A DNA stretch of 64,000 nt from Azolla caroliniana (GCA_043228905.1 JBHGNT010000017.1:1984001-2048000); one strand, 5' to 3'; counted from the stretch's first letter, positions 32,987 through 46,453 are shown. The notes: a model not told the origin generated them from the letters alone. Translations and numbers: made by a program.

Positions 32987-35820
32987 CATTGTTACGCGCT
33001 CTAATCTTGCGCCAACAAGAATGACAACAACACTCTCTCAATAAGTTTGCCCTAAGTCATATTTATACTAATATGACTTTTCGGCTATTTACAAATATAG
33101 CCCCGATGGACTCTCAGAAGACATATTTACGAATATGTCCCTTCATCCAGTGAGCGCTCCTCACCGGGCCTGCATCATCCGGAACTTGCCGGGCACTCGT
33201 CATCCGGTTCTCACCGGGTCTTCACCATCCGGCTCTTGCCGAGTACTCGTCATCCAGTTCTCACTGGGTCTTCCGTTGTCGGGTACTTGTCATCCGGTTC
33301 TCACCGGGTCTTCACCATCCGGCTCTTGCCGGGTACTCGTCATCCGGTTCTCACCGGGTCTTCCGTTGCCGAGTACTTGTCATCCGGTTCTCACCGAGTC
33401 TTCCGTAGCCGGGTCTCCCACATCCGGTTTCGGCCTCGGCCGAGTTTGCTCATCAGTACTGTTCTTCTCACTTCCCATCCGGAGGGACATGTTTCCTAAC
33501 AGTGTTTGTTGATCTTGTTTCTTGCGCACCACTAGAAGTGGAGTTCCATTCTTCTTCTTTGGAAACTTCCATAGATGTCCTTCTTTGAGGAAGAACTTGT
33601 AGGCCTTCTTCCTAATTCAGTAGAAGTCTTCCTTTGACTATGATTCATCTTTTGTAAGAGAGTTTAAGTATTTGCCAATTTCGATGAATTCACCCTCATA
33701 ATCTTCTACTTTGAACACTGCTAGCACCCGAGCACAAGAAATCGTAAAGAAGTTTAGGCCAACATCCTCTTCATCGGAGTGCAAATATTCTTCACCCTCA
33801 TACCTCGCCCTTGACAACATATCGGCCACCACATTATGCTTTCCATTTATATGCCGAATCTCAGGGTTGAGGGACTTGATATAGGCAATCCATCGCAGCA
33901 TAGTAATATCCGGTGTAGCACAACCGGATATCATTCCAAGAATAGGCAGACAATCAGTCTCAATTATGACCTCTGTTCCGATAAGGTAGTCACGATCGGT
34001 TTTAACCGCGGATACTATTCCCCATAGCTCTCTCTTTACTTGGGCATACTTCCTTTGTCTTTCGGTTAACACCTTTGCACCGAATCAGATTGCATACCGA
34101 TTCTTTTCTTTGTCTTCTTGGTTTATCACCCATCCAATTCCGGTTGGGCTTGTATCCACCGTTACATATATCGGGGTACCTTCGGTGTAGTCGGCTTTTC
34201 GCAGTGCCGAAGCTTCCAATAATAGTTTCTTTAGCTTTTGAACCGCGTAGGTATGCTCATCTTCCCATTCGAACTTCTTCCTTTTCTTTAGTAATCCATA
34301 CAATGGTTTAGCGACATGAGCATAATGTGGAATCCATATGTGATAGAATGCACATGCTCCCAAGAATCTTCGCACCTTTGTTTGAGACACACATTCTTCT
34401 TTCATCTCTTGAATAGCGTTCACCTTGGATGGAGATGGCTTCCGGCCATAAGACCCACATAAATGTCCTACTACCAATATTTTTTGTTGACCGAATGCAG
34501 ACTTCTCTCCCGAAAACGTGAGATTTGCATCCTCAAGCTTTTGCAACACCTTCTCGATATCCTTTATATGATCGATGATGAATCTTCGGCAACCATCTTC
34601 ATCTTTCGATTCATCCTTTTCTTCCACCAAGCATCCTTTGATTGGAATATCATCTAAGAAGGGCATTGTGATATCAGGGATACAATCCCTCAACACTTTG
34701 TTCATGGCATTCACCATGTGGGCTACGAAATTTGTCGCACCTTGGGGTAAGGTGCACATCCTTACCAACCCGATCAACGTCCTCATTGTCGTTATGTCTC
34801 TACTATCGACGGCCAAATGAAACTGATCATAGCCCGAGTAGAGATCACCAATGGAATAGATCGATCTTCCCGCGAAGGCTTCGGCAAATTCATCCACGCT
34901 TGGACCAATTCCGGTATTTCGGATCGTCACCTTGTTGATGGGTTGGAGATCTTGTATAAAGCGTAAGGTCCCGTTCTTCTTCAACACCGTAAACCATCTA
35001 TTAGAGTAGGGAGCATTGGATGGCTCAAGAATTCCCATCCTAACCTTTTCCTTTAGAAGCTCAATCATCTTTGGAATGTGAGCTCTTGGAACCGGTATCG
35101 GCTTGAGGTTCCAAGGTACATGCGGCACCGTAAAAATCACCATCGGCTCTATTATCTTTGGGTCGGCGCATCCGATCTCTTGTGGAGAGAAGGCGAAGGC
35201 TTTCCCATGTCTCTCAAGCATCCCGCGAAACACTCTCTCCTCTTCAGGGAGAAGGAAATCTTCCCTTCCAACTTGTAGCTTCCCTTTTGTCTCTTTGGTG
35301 AAGACATTCATGACCTATTGCCTTTGGATCCCTTAAGCTCGGATCATTAGCAACTTCCTTCATCTTCTGCCAGCTATCTTCCGGTAGCGGAACCGCAACT
35401 GGCTTGATCTTCTTATCCACCGTTTTATATTTTGTGTTGACTTCAGCTTCCTCCATCAAGATGTCTCGATGATATTCATCGATGATAGTGTACACGTTGA
35501 CGGAGTTAACCAAAATCACATTTTGATTGTGAGGGTAGCTCAAGTCCACGACTTCCTCGATTTCGCCGATGATGTCATTAAATGAGGCTTCCTCTAGAAT
35601 ATGAGACACGAATTCTTCTTCTTCGATTATGCTTTCTTCTTTCAGCATCTTCTCGAAGTCTTGTATCTTACGCTTGTCCTTCTTGTTGAGTAGTGTTAGT
35701 TTACATGCGCCACTAGGTGTCACACATGTTGCTTCTCCTTGCAATCCACTAATTTCGCTTCCTTGTGGGGACTTATGATTGCTCGAACTATTCGTGCCCC
35801 ACGCTTCAATAGTCCGCTCT
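32101..35820 (-). pseudogene. pol (RT-RH-IN) of element 20189-40243, frameshifted and interrupted by a solo LTR
   Basis: TKYKTVDKKIKPVAVPLP; DLYSGYDQF; TLPQGATN; PFLDD; VDTSPTGIGW; ETDCLP; AYNPDANGKVERG. Confidence 0.9.
32678..33501 (-). mobile_element. Solo LTR of the copia family at 10440-15940
   Basis: Reverse complement of the 10440/15197 LTRs (TGTTAGG...CCTGTCA); 5-bp TSD GTGTT (32673-32677 / 33502-33506). Confidence 0.92.
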
Positions 35821-37963
35821 AAAAATCCGAGGATTCGCCTCCAAGGCTATCTCGGTTCCTTTCGTGATTAGCCCGCACAGTAAGGAATTGAACAGATCTT
35901 TGATTGTCAAGGCTCTTGACTCGCGCGAAGGCCACTCTATTATCGAACACCTTAGTCTCCATCCGGGACGATGTGATATATGGTTGTCCTAGGATGACGG
36001 GATGTGAAGCCGAGTCTTGCACAAAGAAGTGTTGATCCATCTCCACAGCTCCAATTGTGACTTTAACATTGGGGCAAGCTCCGTACAAGTCTTCTGTGGC
36101 CTTCGTTGCCACTCGTATCTTCCATCCGTGGTTTGTATTGATCGTCCATCTTCCTTTCTTGTAGAATTCGTTCGACATGAGGTTGATCTCCAAACCATGG
36201 TCAATCAAGGCTACCACGATCTCCTTCTTCTCTTTGATCTTCACCGGCGTCTCTGTTGTCGCTCTTGCCCAGTGAGGCCGAGAGTAATGGTTGTCCGCCA
36301 TCACTTCTTCTTCCTCCTCCTCTTCGGATCTTGCCATGGTTATGACACTTGTTTTCACCTCTTCTTCATCCGATTGTTGCCGCTTCCGATTAATGAAGTC
36401 CGCAATAGTATCGTGGAACTCCTTCTTAGCAATCCCAAATAGCTCTCTCAAAGTAAGGTCAACATGACTATCTAAAACCTTCTCCTCAAGGACCTTCCGC
36501 AAGTTGGTTGTTTGTTCTATGTCCGACCTTAGCTTGTAAGTCGGTGCCACTCGTTCCTTTCCTTTCTTCACAGATTCATCGACTTCCATCCGACAAGGTT
36601 GGCTCGATCCATCGGGCTTCATGCTTGTTTCTCCTATCTCTTTTCGTGGCGTAGGTTGGGCTTGTCCTTCTTTCCATGCATTCCTCGTATTATGACGCTT
36701 TGATGTGCCATCTTCTTCACCGGTTCTTTTCCTCTTCTCTTCAACAAGAGTTTCGTCAACTGGATCCGACCATCCGGTAACTTGTCACACATTCTGATCA
36801 ACATGTTTTAGATCCTCCAAATCTATTTTTCCTTTCTTTTCACACTCGAATACTGTTGGCCAAAACCCAACTCCCAACTTGATCATCTTTAGATTCTCTC
36901 TTCCGACTCTTATTCCCGTCGATGCGGCGTAGTGCATGGCTTCCACATGCCTAGCATCTTCCTCTTCCACGATCTTTTTCAGCCCGCCTCTTCTGAAGTT
37001 CACTCGTAGTGGCTTTCGGGTCTCACTTGAGTGGATCATGTTGCCGTCCAAATAGACGACATTCTTGCGAATTGCGTCTTGCAAATCAGTACACTCCCTT
37101 CGCGAGTGCTCAAAGCTGTCGCACCACACACATCTATACGCTTCTTTTCCCTTCGGCCCGCATCGACCTAAGTTGGCCAGCAATACCGCTTCAAACTTCT
37201 TGGAGAGCTCTTCGATTATAGATTCCTCCATCGCTTTCTTGTCGAAATTGTTGATCGGCTTGTTAGACTCGATCGTCACAGGTACCTTCCTACTCCACGA
37301 TTGTGGATTCTCCATATCAGTTTCCTCTTGCCATTGTCGACGCTTATCAAGACGACTACAAGCCTTCTTCACCGCCGCCCAGTCCGCTACCAAGCCATTT
37401 GGTTGTGTTTCATCCTCCAAAAAGTTACCCAATTCACGCCAATCTTTCGCATCCACTGCCTTAAGGAATAGTAGGACTTTATCTCCATCGAGAACTCGTT
37501 GATCAACACTCGGAAGTCGGTTATACTTCTGGTCGAATTCGGCATAAACTCCAGACGCACACATATTCTTCCCTTTCTTCTCAATCCAAGACATTAGCGT
37601 ATGTCGAGTCATCCGTGATGCGTCTTCAAGCATGTATTCAGCGAGAAGCGCCTTTTCGAACTCCACCTAAGTTGCATGCTCGTTTTGGATCTCCATGACG
37701 CGCTCGCGGATCCCTGGTTCCACCACATGTTTGAAGCTAGAAATTTGTTTGAGATCATTGACATCCCTTTGTTGCATCTCGTTCTGATAGGTAGCAAGAA
37801 AATCCGTGATGTTCTTGCCACCAAATCGTCCAGCTATCTCGACCGTACGATCAACAGCTTTGTCGATTAAAGCTTCTCGATCTCTCACCTTCAGCATGTA
37901 TTCCACTACGAACACCATGCCTTTCGTTAATTCCTCTCCTTGAGTTCTGCTTGTGGAAGCCAT
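35819..37963 (-). pseudogene. gag-protease ORF1 of element 20189-40243 with two in-frame stops
   Basis: ORFs 37667-37999, 36785-37666 and 35819-36622 share one frame. Zinc knuckle CVWCDSFEHSRREC; protease ALIDHGLEINL..VILGQPY. Confidence 0.88.
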
Positions 37964-37995
37964 TGTTGCACTTGATATCCTCCCTACCGCCTCTT

Positions 37996-38012
37996 TCACG
38001 TCGGGTTCACCA
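37996..38012 (-). promoter_or_regulatory. Primer-binding site, tRNA-Trp
   Basis: Plus strand reads TCACGTCGGGTTCACCA, the 3' end of plant cytosolic tRNA-Trp including CCA. Identical to the PBS at 27254-27270. Confidence 0.8.
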
Positions 38013-38020
38013 CTTTATTA

Positions 38021-40243
38021 TGTCGTGAAAATCCGTCACTATGTGCGGATTGTGAGACGGAACCGTCGGGGTTCTGGACTAGAAGGATTTAGTGCAACAC
38101 GTACAACACAAGCAAGTTTTAAGCATAAGACAAGTGGGAGAGACAAATCATAGTTTATTGCAAAAGAAAATCGATTCTTTATAATTTCAGAATCGTGTTA
38201 GAATGGGTTGGGTATGGAAATGAGAGATTAATTTTTCAAAGAAAGGAGCAAACAACCATGCAAGGAGTGGTCCTATATGAATACAAGAGATAATTTTTGA
38301 CAAGAAAGATCCAGTAAACAAAGCTAGGAGTTTGATATCAATATGTGAGATAATTTGTTTCTCGAATCCGAGAGGGAAGAAGAAGGAAGAAAAAAAAACC
38401 AGTGGGAAAAAATGGGACATATATCAAGCTCTTTGTTGATCCTCCTCCCCAATGTTACTTTGCATGCCCACTTTTAGTTGCATGGCCTCTACTTTTAGTT
38501 GCATGCTTCCATTTTTAGATGCATGCCTTTTACTTTTAGTTGCATGGCCTTGGGTTTTGGTTGCATGTGACTGTTCGTATAATTCGGCCAAATAACACAA
38601 TCATCCATAAAGTTTAGCCCGTGCGCAATCTGTAGATGCGTCGCAACCAAACCGTAGACATGTCCGCGCGCAAAAGTCCCGATCGCGCAATATACGCATC
38701 CACGCGCGCGCGTCCAACCTGCACCGTGTACGCATCCGCACACACGTGTGTCCTGACCGCGCCGTGTACGCATCCGCGCACTCGTTTGCATACACGCGTC
38801 CGTCTGAAACATCCACGCGGCTGCACCGTGTACGCATCCGCGCACACACGCGTCCCGATCGTGCCGTGTACGCATCTGTGCGCGCGTTCGCATACACGCG
38901 TCCGTCTGAAACATCCACGCGGCTGCACCGTGTACGCATCCGCACACACACGCGTCCCGACCGTGCCGTGTACGCATCTGTGCGCGCGTTCGCATACACG
39001 CGTCCGTCTGAAATGTCCACACGGTCGTGCACGCGTATGCCCGAAACTTGCACGCACGCATATGTCCGAAAACGTCAACGCGACCGTGCATACGCACGTA
39101 CGCCCGAAAACGTCCACTCAACCATGCATACGCGCGTACGTCCGAAGCGTCCCGACCGTGTCGTGTGCGCATCTGTGCGCGCGTTCGCATACACGTGTCC
39201 GTCTGAAATGTCCACGCGGTCGTGCACGCGTATGCCCGAAACTTGCACGCACACGTATGTCCGAAAACGTCAACGCGACCGTGCATACGCACGTACGCCT
39301 GAAAACGTCCACTCAACCGTGCATACGCGCGTACGCCCGAAGCGTCAAGACGGGCCGTGTACGCATCCGCACACACGCGCATCCCGACCGTGCCGTGTAC
39401 GCATCTGTGCGCGCATTCGCATACACGCGTCCATTTGAAATGTCCACGCGGTCGTGCACGTGTATGCCCGAAACTTGCACGCACGCGTATGTCCGAAAAC
39501 GTCAACACGACTGTGCATACGCACGTACGCCCGAAAACGTCCACTCAACCATGCATACGCGCGTACGCCCGAAGCATCAAGACGGGCCGTGTACGCATCC
39601 ACGCGCGCGTGCATCCAACCCGCACCATGTCCGAAAACGTCAACACGACCGTGCATACGCACGTACGCCCGAAAACGTCCACTCAACCGTGCATACGCGC
39701 GTACGCCCGAAGCATCAAGACGGGCCGTGTACGCATCCACGCGCGCGTGCATCCAACCCGCACCATGTATGCATCCGCACACACGCGCGTCCCAACCACG
39801 CCGTGTACGCATCCGTGCGCTCGTCCATGCGGCCACCCGAAAACATCAACGCGACCGTGCATACACTCATACGCCCAAAAACGTCCTCGCAACCGTGCAT
39901 ACGCGCGTTCGACCGAAGCGTGCACACCACACAATGTAGCCTAAGTCACCTTGAACATTCTGTGCTCCACACATTGATTGATTTAATATGTTTTGGTTTC
40001 CCTTATATATCCTGCGTTCCAATGTTGACCTATCTATGTGGGATATCTCATAGTTTTGTATTTTTTTCGTTTACTCTTCAAACTTCTCACTCACATAACT
40101 TGATACATATTTATCCAATTCATGCGTAGTAAAATATATTATGAAGCTCTTGAACACATCTATCTTTCCATATCAATATATTAAGCTAATCATAAATAAT
40201 TATTTTACTAGTTTTCATATCGTGTGTGAAAAACCACACGACA
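38021..40243 (-). repeat. 5' LTR (about 2.2 kb) of element 20189-40243
   Basis: TGTCGTG...CACGACA termini; 38021-38640 matches 20189-21540 once the solo LTR is removed. Confidence 0.88.
38690..39930. repeat. CpG-rich complex tandem array inside the LTR
   Basis: Recurrent CCGTGTACGCATC, CGCATACACGCGTCCG and CCGAAAACGTC modules in irregular higher-order units. Confidence 0.9.
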
Positions 40244-40249
40244 CCGTAC

Positions 40250-40700
40250 TGTTACGGGCATGACATATAATATCCCGTGGTGAGAATTTACCGTAGTATT
40301 CTATACACGTGGATAAGTGTGAGGGTTAAACGAGAGAGTAAAGATGCGGAGAATTACTTTTAATCCTCGGGATTGAGACAACCCATTAGGCCAAGTGTGA
40401 ATTTGCTTGGGGGCCTTGGGTCTTGCTATAAATATGAGGCCTAGCTACCCTCATTTCATCATCTCTTGACTACGTCGATACTCTGTTTCGTGGTGGGTCA
40501 ACTCTTGTAGCGAGTGCGCAACACTAGGTATGACTCGACGCCAAGACGGTGGTAAGGGACCCCGATCGAGGCTCGAGTTTGTCTCGATCCCTTCGCTCGA
40601 GGGTGGTCAGGTGGATTGGCACCCTTCTTTCTCTCTCTCCTTTCTTATTTATCTATCTTATATCCTTATCATATGCTTACATTAGATCATCACTCTAACA
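40250..40700 (+). mobile_element. Solo LTR of an unassigned family
   Basis: TGTTA...TAACA termini, TATAAATA near 40427, 5-bp TSD CGTAC / TGTAC. Confidence 0.75.
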
Positions 40701-41860
40701 TGTACCAACAATTCACATCCTCAATCTGGAACAGGCATACCGTTGTAGTCGTCTTGTTCAGTTATGCTCGACCCTCTACCTGGTTCATCGCGTCTTCTCT
40801 TGCTAGCACCATGTACTGCATCTATCCTACACCATCGTCATCGTCACTATATCAACCATCCACTTAAAGTGAATGGTCGACAGGTAGGTCGGGTGCAGTT
40901 TGTCCCAATGCCAACTCCAAAATGTACCTGGCAACTGTCGCACATTGACACAAAATGATGCACATCTTTGTACATCCCCGACCACCAGTACTTCTCTTTC
41001 AGCCTTTCGAAAGTCACCCACGTTCCCCGGTGTCCGGACCAAGGACTCTCGTGGATCTCCAACAACAATGACGGGTCTTCCGCTTGCGTCACCACCCGGA
41101 ATGGTGGGTTGTTCCGCCTCTTCGAATGCCGCCAAATCACCCTGTCTTGCAAGAAGAACTTGTAAGCCTTCTTCCGTATTCGACCGACCTCTTCCTTTGT
41201 CCACGCTACATCAATCGTCATCGTGCTTAGGAACCGTCCTATACGAAGCCACTCCCCATCGTAATCATCCTCGTTGAACTCGTTCAAGGTTGGAGTGCTT
41301 CGCCTATTTACCGACAATTAAGCTGACTCGAAGAAGTCCACGCCGACATCCTCGTCTTTTGATACCATGTCGTTCTCGTCGTCGTATCATGCTCTCGATA
41401 GCATGTTGGCCATGGCATTATCCTTTCCAGAGATGTGCCGAATCTCCAGATCGAGGGACTTAATGTACGCGATCCACCTGAGCATTGCCAGGTTGGAAGT
41501 CGTGCATCTGGAAACCATCCCAGAGATCGGGGTTTCCGACGGTATGGTTCGCACAGGTGTTCGACCACCAAGATTTCGGAGTGTCTGAATTCCCACTTCT
41601 CCGAGAAGGTGAGTCGCGCACCTTTGAGCTTGTGCAATATCTTCTCGCAATCGGTGATGTGATTGGCCACGAACTTCCGGCATCCATCCTCTTTTACTGA
41701 CTCGTCCTTCTTGTCCTCCAAACCCCCATTTATCGGGATGTCATCTAAAAATGGCATGGTGATGCCCATAATGCAATCCCTCAGCACTTTGTTCATCGCA
41801 TTCACCATGTGTGCCACTGAATTTGTGCCACCTTGAGGCAGGGTACACATCCGAACTAGG
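40701..41860 (-). pseudogene. Decayed TGTCGT-clade pol fragment (RT, internally deleted RH, IN)
   Basis: MCTLPQGGTNS..PFLDD; LAMLRWIAYIKSL; WSGHRGTW..KYWW..C..C. Confidence 0.85.
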
Positions 41861-41869
41861 CCAATTACA

Positions 41870-44250
41870 TAAGTGCACCAACATTAGCCATATAAGGATA
41901 TTGTGGTCCCAATGTTGACTCGTTAGAAGATCTTGCCATCGAATTTGCTGCATAAGGTCTTTCTTTTCATTCGAATGATATTTTCTTGAGTCTCTCTCTC
42001 TCTCTCTCTCTCCTTGGTACTCACAATCTATTTTCTTCCTATTAGATTATCTGCCCTATTACTATGTCGCTCACATTCCTTGTAACGACCCAACAGTTGA
42101 CAATAAGTGCACCAACAGTAGCCATGTAAGGATATTGTGGTCCCATGTTGACTCGTTAGAAGATCTTGGCCGAAATGGGTCACGAGAAGGATCTAGAGAG
42201 TGCGCTACCATAGGAGTTCTAATAGAATGAGCTTGATCCATGGAAAACCGTTTTGATATTTTATGGATATAAGAGCTCTGATGAAGAAGAATTCCATTAT
42301 ATAGGTGCTCGATCTAAAGACCCAAGTAGAATGTCGTTAAACCGACGTCTTTCATTTCAAATTGGCGGCTAAGCATAACAAGAACGTCTTCAATAACATT
42401 GGATATCCCAATGATATTGAGATCATCAACATAATTTGTGATGATGACAAATTCTCTAAGATTATGATAACTTGATCGATGAATTGCGAAATTTTCCAAG
42501 CTGCATACAGTTGCAAAGTTCTTCGGGTATCTTCATGTATATATCTTTATCCAAATCACCATAAAGATAAGGTGTAACCACATCCCTGAGATGCATATGA
42601 CAATTTCGTTGAACAGTAAAATGAATCAGCCAACGAAAACTTGTTGCATCCATAACTTTATCGTGACGCTTTTGCACAAAAACCTAACGATAGCCAATAA
42701 GTGTGTTAAGTAATTAGGTGATTAACTAGGGTTAATTAGAGACTAATTATATGGTTACGTTAAGCAACGGGAGATTAGTATGATATGCGCGTGAGAGTGT
42801 GTGAGAGGAAGAGAGAGAGAGAGGAAGTTACACTTATGAACGCGAAGATAAATGGGGGATGATTGACTATATTGAAAAGTGTCATCAACATAAAAAATAC
42901 CCACAATGAGGTATATATACAACCCATGTGCAAAGGTGCACATGTGTGGGTAGAACATAGGTACTTATGTGTAAGTCCTACATTAAATGTACTAAGGAGT
43001 GGAGGATCTAGAATATCCCACTTAAGTACAAGGTCCTATTTAAAGGCTTAAGGTCAACACATTAACTAGATTCGATCTAGGTAACTACTAAGTTACATGT
43101 GTTGACTAACTAGATTAAACTAGTTGAGCTTGATATCTCAAAAGAGTGTATGACCAATAGGCGTCTCTTGAATTTTACCAAAAACTCCTTGTTTGAGAAG
43201 ACTATTTATTTAGCTCAACCTGAATAGCTTCTTTCCACTTATCCCAAAAAGGAGATGCTTTTGCTTCTTGAATAGTTTGAGGATCTGATTCGTTCATGAA
43301 AGTCGTTGCGACATAGAAAATGAAGATATCATTAACCTCTTGTAGTGGTATTAACTTTAGAATTAGCATAATTAGCAATAAAAGATTCTTCACGAATGAT
43401 CCTATTTGATATTATAGGAACCTAAATTTTAGCCTCAATTGTTGGTTTTCTCTTCCTAATTGTTTATCTTTTGATGCAATAGGCCGTCCACGCTTCCTTT
43501 GAGATTCAACGACGTGTGCCGATGATTCTCAAATCGAAATTCGAGTAAGCACATTCATAGCAGTATTAATGTCGGAGACCTTGATATTGATAATGTCAAC
43601 AAAAGCAAATGGTGCATTGTTGGCAATACTTTGTAGATGTAATATTCATTGATCTTCTTCCTCCCCCTCTCCAGTATAAGGATCTAGTGGTATCCATTGC
43701 ATCGCACATCTGCAAATGCATGAAGATTTCTTAGTGAGGTAGGCGCATAGTTAGCATCACATATTTCCAGGAAAGTGCCACTTGGAAGTTGGATAGTGGC
43801 GGGGCCTCTTCCTTGTCCAATACAAGAACGAAATATAATCTTGATGTCGAAAGGGGCTTCATCTTTAATATGATGAAATAATTCTTTATGACATAGAATA
43901 GTGTGTGTTGAGGCGTAGTCAATAAGACAAAGAAAATGGCTTGTATGCAAATTAATTACATGGGCTTCAATCATGTTTACCTCAGGCTCAAAATCCAAAG
44001 GCTGATACATAAAACTATATTCCAATATTAGAATTGATGGTGAGATCGTTCATGTTTTTGCCTCTGGTTTCCTATCTTGACCTTGCTTGCCATACTTTTG
44101 GTAAAGATCAACATCAAACATAGAAGTTTGGCAAGTATTTGCCCAGTGCCCTCGTAAACCACATCGAAGACGTGAATTCGATGAAGGCTTATCTTGACCT
44201 GACTTTGATTGATGATGCAATTGTTTGAGGCTTTTACCATCCAATTCCCG
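41870..44250 (-). mobile_element. Highly decayed Ty1/copia remnant (Bianca-like)
   Basis: CGLRGHWANTC zinc knuckle, CLIDYASTHTIL protease, DPQTIQEA..WKEAIQVEL, DVVTPYLYGDLD..YMKIP, YVDDLNIIG. Confidence 0.7.
42704..43143 (-). mobile_element. Solo LTR of the copia family at 22091-32095
   Basis: Near-identical reverse complement of 31655-32095; flanks AAGTG / GAGTG. Confidence 0.9.
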
Positions 44251-46453
44251 ATTCTTTGTAGTGCAATTTTTTAGTTCGAGTGTCGATCTTTGCGTATATG
44301 AGATTGTTATATGTCATGTCCAAAGTTACACACCGGTGTTATCTATAAAGGGGCGAATGGATAAGAATAATTTGGGAAACTCCTCATGGGGACAAACCCA
44401 CGACTAAGACATTTTAGGTGTTATATCATAAGATCGAGGATGCTTGATTATATTCATAGGTAGTGTTAATTAAGAAATGAATCATATTCACAAAAATGGT
44501 TGATAGGTCTCATTGAAGCGAATCATGTAAAACAATTGGTTCCAAAATGTTTTCAATTGTGAAATCGGGTTACGACTAGCATGCTTGAGTCATTTTTGTT
44601 TGTCGTTATACAAAAGGCCTTAACCCATGGTCCTTCTAACTACCTATTCTTAACAATCCACATTTTGTTGAGTGGATAGATTTAACGAAGGCTTACAATG
44701 TCCATGAAGAATGTGAATTCCTAAATAAGCATTTCCTTTTATGCCATTGTCTCCATGATGTATATGGAAAATCCTCGCAAGCACAAGTTTTGGTGGCTAT
44801 GGGGGTAGTTTATTGTTTTCCTTATGGCTTCCTTCGAGTGTTGTCTCTCTTGAATGGAGCTAGTGTTGATGCGTTGGCAAGGGATACGGTCCCAACATAC
44901 TTCCCACCCAATATATATTGCCATCTTCACACAAGTCATTGGGTACAATGTGTTGTAGAGTTTGCGGGTGGTGAAGAAGTATGATGTCCGAGAGGAATAA
45001 GATCTCGTCTAAGAAGAAGGGCACAAACTTGTGTTTGTGATCGATATGCCTTGCGGTCAGAGAGAAGCCATACATCCATGATCCAAATAATAGGTATTGA
45101 CTGCCTAACATGTTGCACGATTATAGCCCGGGGGTTGTTAAGACCTATAGAGCCAAATTTGTGCCCACCATTGATAGTTTGTTGTAGTTGGACATGCGTG
45201 CAAAGCATGACGTAGATGGTTGATGTCGATGAGGAATAATGCTAGGATTCGGACCAACAGATCAACCTATCTTGCGTTCGATACTCGTTTTTTCGATCAG
45301 CTAACACACACACCAAAATTTGTATTTGATGCATTGCGCAACGCATCGACAAGTTTCCGAACGACGAGAGGAAAGAGACATATGCCATCACGTGTTGTAC
45401 CATGAATGATTACTTAATGGAAGAATGTTTCAATAATGAAGTGAACTCGAAGGATTGCCCCATAGTTGAGTCCCAAATTGGTTTTGTCTTGGGCATGATT
45501 AACCACAACACAGAGAATAAAAAGGGTTGTGTGTCACGTCCCTATGCATGCGTAATGGTCCGAATAGCATGTTAGCTCAAGAAGGCCTAGCGATACTATC
45601 AATTGCATACAAGGGTCGCGTCGTCTAATGAACGCTTTATGTTAGGTTGTGATGCACTTACGTCCTATATAAACGTAGTTGTGGTTTAAGACATCGATGA
45701 ATGGGGTCGAGGCCTAGCCCACGTGTTGTTGCCTCTCGAGTTCTGGGGAGAATATGTATCTTTTCTATTGGTGGAAGGTGAAGTAGATGTCAGTCCATCT
45801 TTACTTTGCGTGCGCTCGTATTGGTCGAGACACGCTTTGCATTAAGATGGAGGACAATGCATGACATGTTAAAGAGATGTTCAAAAAGTTGAGCACAACA
45901 TTGTCATCAAGTATGAGCACATGGATGGGCAAGTTTTATATGCACATGTGCATCTAGAATACATGCATCCCTCAACACCAAAATGCTCAACATTCGACAA
46001 ATGAACACAAAACGAAGAAAGAATGTGAGTGCGAACTTTCTCATTTAGTTGGAATAGGGGAGAAGCTAAAGAAGAGGAGGTAGGAAACTTCCTCAACACC
46101 AAGATGCTCAACATTCGATATGGGAGGGAATGAAACCAACATGGTCACTACTACTGTACGAGTCCCTTGCAAGTCAACGATCGTCAAGAACTTAGCGCAA
46201 GGATAAGAGGAAGCGATTTGGGGTTATGTAGGCGTACATATGGATAGGTGCACGTGGATTTGAGATGGAGTGAGTTGGGGAAGCATTGCCGAAGCAAGGC
46301 GACATTGAGCTTTGTAATGTGGATTATGTATGGAGAGAGGTGCACGAGAAGTAACTAACCTTTCATGAAGGTTGTTATTATACATGGTATTGTTATTTGA
46401 TGTGGGAAGAGAAAAGGTTAACATACGTAACTGTAAATAAGAGGGGGGAAGAT

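Larger units (their letters stand above)
20189..40243 (-). mobile_element. Large Ty3/gypsy retrotransposon (TGTCGT clade, autonomous type, decayed) hosting several nested insertions
   Basis: 5' LTR 38021-40243, tRNA-Trp PBS 37996-38012, gag-PR, pol, and a 3' LTR at 20189-~21639 truncated and fused to the integrase end. 4-bp TSD CCGT (20185-20188 / 40244-40247). Confidence 0.9.

Noticed and set aside
38495-40129. Long ORFs (349-497 aa) on both strands
   Set aside because: They are translations of the CpG-rich tandem array, which lacks stop codons by composition; no domain motifs.
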